A stretch of DNA of 60,764 nucleotides, counting the filler, from Platydemus manokwari (lineage: Eukaryota): NCBI GenBank assembly GCA_037951405.1. It is 6 parts of 6 records of this genome, joined end to end, with 100 filler letters (N's around TTAATTAATTAA, not from the genome) between each part and the next. Parts side by side here need not be neighbours in the genome. Positions count along the whole stretch, not along the records: positions 51,458 to 60,764 come from JBBMOY011268318.1; 5 more parts are not named here. The stretch is one strand, 5' to 3'. The notes below the pieces were generated by a model. That model saw only the letters and a program-made list of their open reading frames with translations, was not told the DNA's origin and did no database searches. Made by a program: the position numbers and the translations under genes. This document shows, in pieces, positions 56,301 to 60,764 of this stretch. The number at the start of each line of letters is the position of its first letter. Position 1 is the first letter of the stretch.

Positions 56301-56859
56301 TGTATGAAATTCCAATATAACATGATGCAGTTTATATTTCTAAAAATTTACAAGATCGACATATTGATTGTGAGAATTTTAAAATGAATTATATTTGAAA
56401 GATTTTAAAATCAGACTTTCATTAAATATTAATTTAAATAATTGTAATACAAATATAATTTGGTTTTTTGACTTTTCAGATCGTATTTAATGCGTGTTTT
56501 ATTTAATTGTTGCGGCTTATGGTGAAATGATACAAAAAATGAATAACAATTCTAACTGTACTTTTAGAAAGATTTTCAATAAATGGTATTATGAATGAAA
56601 GAAAATTTAATGGAGGCTGTCAAAATAAAAGAACAAAGAAGTTAGATGTAGAAATTAAGAAATTACTTTAAAATTAAAAATAACTAATATTTATTTATCA
56701 TAAAATTGGTCTTCACGAGGCTGTGAGAAATCCACTTACATCGACATCAATAAGGTTTTTTCCTTGATTGAGCTTGCAATGGTGCCAGCTCTGAGTTTTG
56801 GAAGCATCAAAAATCTTTGTGCTTCCCCAAAGAAAAACTCGATGAAGAAAAACCAAAGG

Positions 56860-59520
56860 TTATAAATAGGTAAAAGATCAATATTCAGTAGCTCAATAGT
56901 TACTTCATTATTATAAATCGTTAATAAATTTAAAATTTTATTAAAATAATGAATTAAAATTAACACGAATAAATCGAATACTAAATTGTGATCAAAAACC
57001 ATGATTAAGAGATTATATTAAATCCAATATATATTTAATAACAAAAGGTATCAGTAGTTTTGAAAAAGATGTTTGGAAATTAAAGAATAATGAATTCGGA
57101 TGAACAGTGGAAAAATATTAGAAGACTATATGATTAATTAGAAATCCGACTTTAGCAGGAAAACAAGATACAAAACTAACATATATTAGATTCTCTGAAT
57201 TTAGGAAATAATTATTTCAAATAAATTGTCTTAACAAACAGTTACGTCATAAACACTTTCAGGCATAATATTTATTTAAAAATCTATACTAATCCGCCAA
57301 TCAATAATTTAAACACGTTACTCGCCTTCTCTTAAGGCCCGCTCCACCGTTTCAGTCACCCTAATCGTCTGGATTTTTTCGCATGAGAGATCGGTTCTCG
57401 CGATGAATTTCTTCCCGTACAAGTATAACATACTCATGGATAGCCAGCAGTTTCTTCCTGGTAACACAGTACCCTTTCTCGTGACTAGTCAGCAATCGAA
57501 ACCCATAGGCTATAACTACTTCTGTTTCTTCTTCAGTAACTTGGCTTAGAACAGTCCCGATTGCCCCAAAACTTGCGTCCGTATCAAGGACAATTATCCT
57601 ATTTTCTCTTAGGTAATCCACAATTGGTTCTTCACAGAGCGCCGAAATTAGCTTCAAAAACTTGTTTGACTGACCATTGCAATACCTTATCTTCATCTGC
57701 AGTTGCAGCGTATAGTAGAGCCGCTATTAGAGCATAATCTTTGAATAACCTGTAATAGTTTGTCAGCTCTAAAAATGATCTGAATAACCCAGAGGACGTT
57801 CGGCATCCGTTGAAAACACTCCACTATGCATAATCAAACTATCTTGCAATTTAGGGTTTCCCAATTTCTTCCAATAGTTCTAACTCATCACTGTGATAGA
57901 CGCTCCCGTATCCCATAACATCTCTACTTCAGTTCCGTTGATCAACACTTTATTCCACCCTCTAGCGTAGTCCTTTTTAAACATCTCTTCAATTCTGGAT
58001 CTTCTATCTCGTGCATTACTGGGTCTTCAATTGGATCAAATTGCTTCACGATCTCATCCTGAATAGATTTTACTCTGTGTCTTGTACCTCGTATTAAATG
58101 GCATTATCTAGAATCGTTCTTCTTTTGTATCTGGCATGCTTCGACACTTATTGTAAAGTTTCTTGTCCATGTATTTCATCGAAAACACTGGTCTTTCTAT
58201 ACCTGAAGCGTCACTTTTGTTCTGAAGCCATTGGCTCGGGGTTCCTTGTTCTAATAGAAAGAAGTGATTTATAATTACTTGACTCGTTGCTTTCTTTTTT
58301 GTACTGATTATTCCACCGGTTGCTTCTTCCAGTTTCTTGGTGCTTGAGCATAGCTGTCTCTACGAATTGTATTGACTACCTGGGAATCTAGTTTAAAACT
58401 TTGTTCTCAATTCTCGAACACCTTTGCAGCACTCCTAACTTCTATTATATCCATGTCTGGTTTCAGGGCAAGAGCGTCTTTTAACTTATTCGATCGTGTT
58501 CTCTTGCTGATGATATCTTTTACTATTGAATCTTGTTTTAATCAGGAATTCATCACTGTTTCAACCAATCTATGAACTCTTATCTCAAAGGTGGCAAAAT
58601 GTACGCTCTCCGATTGTTGAACGTTTGCAAGTTCGTCAAACATATCCATTATAGATTTTATTTATTTTTAATGTATCTTCAAACCACAATTCAGATGACT
58701 TTTCTGTGGTATCTTCCAAATTGAAATTTTTCCACAAAATACCTGCCTCATCTGAAAGCAGCAAATTGAATGCACTGATCAGGCTGAGATTATTAATTAA
58801 AAGCCACTCCTTCGTATCTTGCATGCACTTTGCGACCTCGTTTGAATCCCTAACACCAAATTTCCGAATATTGAATTTGAGCGGTTTTTGTGCCTGCTTT
58901 GGCAAACTCTCTAATAACTGTTTCTTCTTCTGGTTCCCTGTTATTGCATTGATTTGTATAGCGTGGACGCCAGTTACATCATAATCACTTTCAGGTATAA
59001 TATTTTTTTTAAAAAACTACACTTATCCGCCAATCAATTATTTAAACAAATACAGCGTGTTTCTTTATTTAATCATGTTACTCAAAAAAGCAAAATTTAG
59101 AATTTTGTGATTTAGATTTAAGTAAGTTATTTGTGTATGATTTTTTTACAATGTTTGAAGAAGGTTCATACAAAGAAAAAATAAAGTTTTGTATATGGGC
59201 ACAGGTTCATACATATTAAATATTAAAAGCCATGATATTTGTCAAGATATAAATAACGATGAAACATTAAAAATGAATTTGATTTTTCGAGTTTTTTTAA
59301 AGATCATTACTTATATGATACAATATATAAAAAGGTACCTGTAAAATTTAAGATGAATTAAACGGTAAAATAATAATAAAAAATATTAGTATAAGATCGA
59401 AATATTATTTTTATTGTTATTGAAAATAAAGAAAAAATAAGAAATAAAGGCATTCAAGAGGAACTATATAATGAAAATATGAATATAATTTTATTTTAAA
59501 AAAAGGTTTATTTAATAAAG
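56860..59520 (+). mobile_element. Second Polinton-type pPolB remnant, split by a Gypsy insertion (pieces about 56860-57239 and 59083-59520)
   Basis: FEKDVWKLKNN lies before the insertion. DLSKLFVYDFF, YMGTGSYILNIK (degenerate YxDTDS) and NKKVP..FKDELNG lie after it, collinear with 41830-42200. Confidence 0.8.
57240..59082 (-). mobile_element. Internally deleted Gypsy LTR retrotransposon with both LTRs (5' LTR 59082-58972; 3' LTR about 57321-57240)
   Basis: Direct LTR repeats, PBS TGGCGTCCACG overlapping the 5' LTR end, gag, protease (.DTGAS), RNase H (LDTDASFGAIGTVLSQ...KKLLAI) and PPT AAGAGAAGGCG. The flanks caaac/caaaa form a near-perfect 5-bp TSD. Confidence 0.9.
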
Positions 59521-59559
59521 CTACACCATTGGTATTAACACTCATAAGATTTATTTTAA

Positions 59560-60500
59560 ACTGGACTTTTCCACGAATTACTTATTTAAACAAATATAAG
59601 TGTTTATTTATTTATCGTCACCTGTCACCTTTTAAGGTCCACTCCATCTTTTCAGCCACTCTAACTGTCTGAATGTTATACCATGTGGGAATCTTGTCTC
59701 TGATTTTCTATGTTACTTGAATCCGGTAATTCGATAGGGTCCTTCGTACTGATATCCATTCTTCCTCGTCTTATGGAGACCATCGCGAACTAGCACTTTC
59801 TCTTCTACCTAAAAAAATTTATCTGTTTTTCATTCTCTGTCTCGGTTGGCATTATGTTTAAGAGTTTTCTCGGGCAGTTGCTATAATATCCTCTTGAGCC
59901 TGATTCTTGTAACCTTATGAACATTTACCTGCTGCTCGCAAATTGTTTTGAACGGCGAGAACTTAGTTGTTGATTGGTGGGTTTCATTGATGCAGAAGTC
60001 TATTTTCGCAGTAGTTCAGCTCAACTTTTCTCGAGACGTTTACGCTTTAAGGATTTTGTTATCATATTTTATATCGTCTTGGTAACTCTATTTGCTAGTC
60101 CGTTGAATTGAATGATATGATGAGTTGAGTTCTTGTTTGGCTCTCACTTTAGAGCAGCCATCCAAATTATTTCCCATTACCAGATAGAATGTATTTTGGC
60201 TTTCTAAAACGATAAATTCACGAGTTTAGGAGGACTTGGAAAATTGTCTTTAGTCTTGCTTAAATGTAGCAGTGAGACTCATTAGCTTGCTGATCCCCTT
60301 GATTATGACTACTAGGTATTTCTTATTACTGTATACTGTCCCCATTTGAGAAATCACCAGGGGCTTTCTTTTGAAATTCAGAGCTTAACCGAGGGGCAAA
60401 AATATCATAGTTCTAGATTGATCAAACATTCTCTTCGCATAGATGATGCATTCTTTTAGTACCTCTTTAATCATGTTTAACATCTCGGGCCTGTGAAATT
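59560..60500 (-). mobile_element. Degenerate Gypsy integrase and 3' end, same family as 7315-8345
   Basis: Collinear nucleotide similarity to 7430-8220, including GYQYEGPYRITG, KKYLVVII and LKECIIYAKR. Confidence 0.85.
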
Positions 60501-60764
60501 TTTAATTGATTTAAATTTTTAAGGATGAAATTTTATATAAAATTATTTTAAATTGTTTATATAATTGTATTGAAGTATATAATTTGGTGTCATGTCTTTT
60601 AGTCCGTTTCAATTATTACGTTTTGATATTTGATTCTCAAATAATAAAATTAAAAAAGAATTTAATTAATATTATAAACTATCAACGATCAAAATACCTT
60701 AATATAACTTTTTGGAATATTGTGATAAAATATTTTTGCTGAACTTCTTAAATTCGGTTTCAAT

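Overview
AT-rich eukaryotic (animal) genomic DNA with short GT-AG introns and abundant decayed transposons. The composition and element mix suggest a planarian flatworm, but that is inference. The window is six roughly 9-12 kb contigs joined by artificial N44-TTAATTAATTAA-N44 spacers, so adjacency across spacers is not reliable. Host genes: a partial Shank/ProSAP gene (+), the first coding exon of a TIMP-like gene (+), a complete 11-exon VPS33(B)-like gene (-), a 2-exon GPI-anchored Ly6/three-finger gene (-) and a partial divergent type II pantothenate kinase (-). Mobile DNA: mariner, DUF4817-type Tc1/mariner and pogo-like remnants and MITEs, several copies of a Gypsy family with short AGT..ACT LTRs, two decayed Polinton/Maverick protein-primed PolB remnants, and a NeSL/R2-like non-LTR element with Ulp1-like protease domains. 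Two signals are missing from the ORF track and were found only by manual translation: (1) a decayed endogenous Mononegavirales-like L (polymerase/capping) gene fragment at about 15.7-17.7 kb, and (2) up to six decayed class A GPCR-like remnants in introns and intergenic DNA of four contigs. No database searches were run; all assignments rest on recalled motifs.
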